A stretch of 7,361 bases of DNA. Source: Tubiluchus corallicola (Eukaryota; Animalia; Priapulida). A model generated the notes under the pieces. The model had not been told where the DNA came from, made no database searches, and worked only from the letters and a program-made list of their open reading frames with translations. The position numbers and the translations under genes were made by a program. The stretch lies in NCBI GenBank assembly GCA_030141605.1, contig JAQGDQ010002231.1, positions 1-7,361 on the forward strand, written 5' to 3'. Below are positions 7,284 to 7,361 of the stretch, piece after piece (position 1 is the stretch's first letter; every line of letters starts with the position of its first letter).

Positions 7284-7361
7284 CCGTTCCTTGTCAGACA
7301 CTGCCATGAGTGAACTTCTAATACAAGATCAATAGCGGAGATCTTCGCCTTACATTGTAAA

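Overview
This is AT-rich, intron-containing animal (probably invertebrate) genomic DNA. The minus strand carries three consecutive, phase-compatible GT-AG exons (2377-2208, 1220-1107, 487-398) of a divergent GT7-family glycosyltransferase (beta-1,4-galactosyltransferase / beta-1,4-GalNAc-transferase-like), which the ORF track misses. Several donor-, acceptor- and metal-binding positions are unusual. I found no further exons, so the rest of the window is probably a long upstream intron. It holds a piggyBac-like MITE (2487-2840), one or two Kolobok-like TTAA elements (4970-5490, 3891-4432), several tandem repeats and microsatellites, and a possible degraded LINE RT fragment. The most striking feature is a ~265-bp imperfect inverted repeat (3442-3705) with a Penelope-type minimal hammerhead ribozyme on each strand, head to head. 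The listed ORFs appear to be repeat or AT-rich artefacts. All alignments and counts were done by eye.
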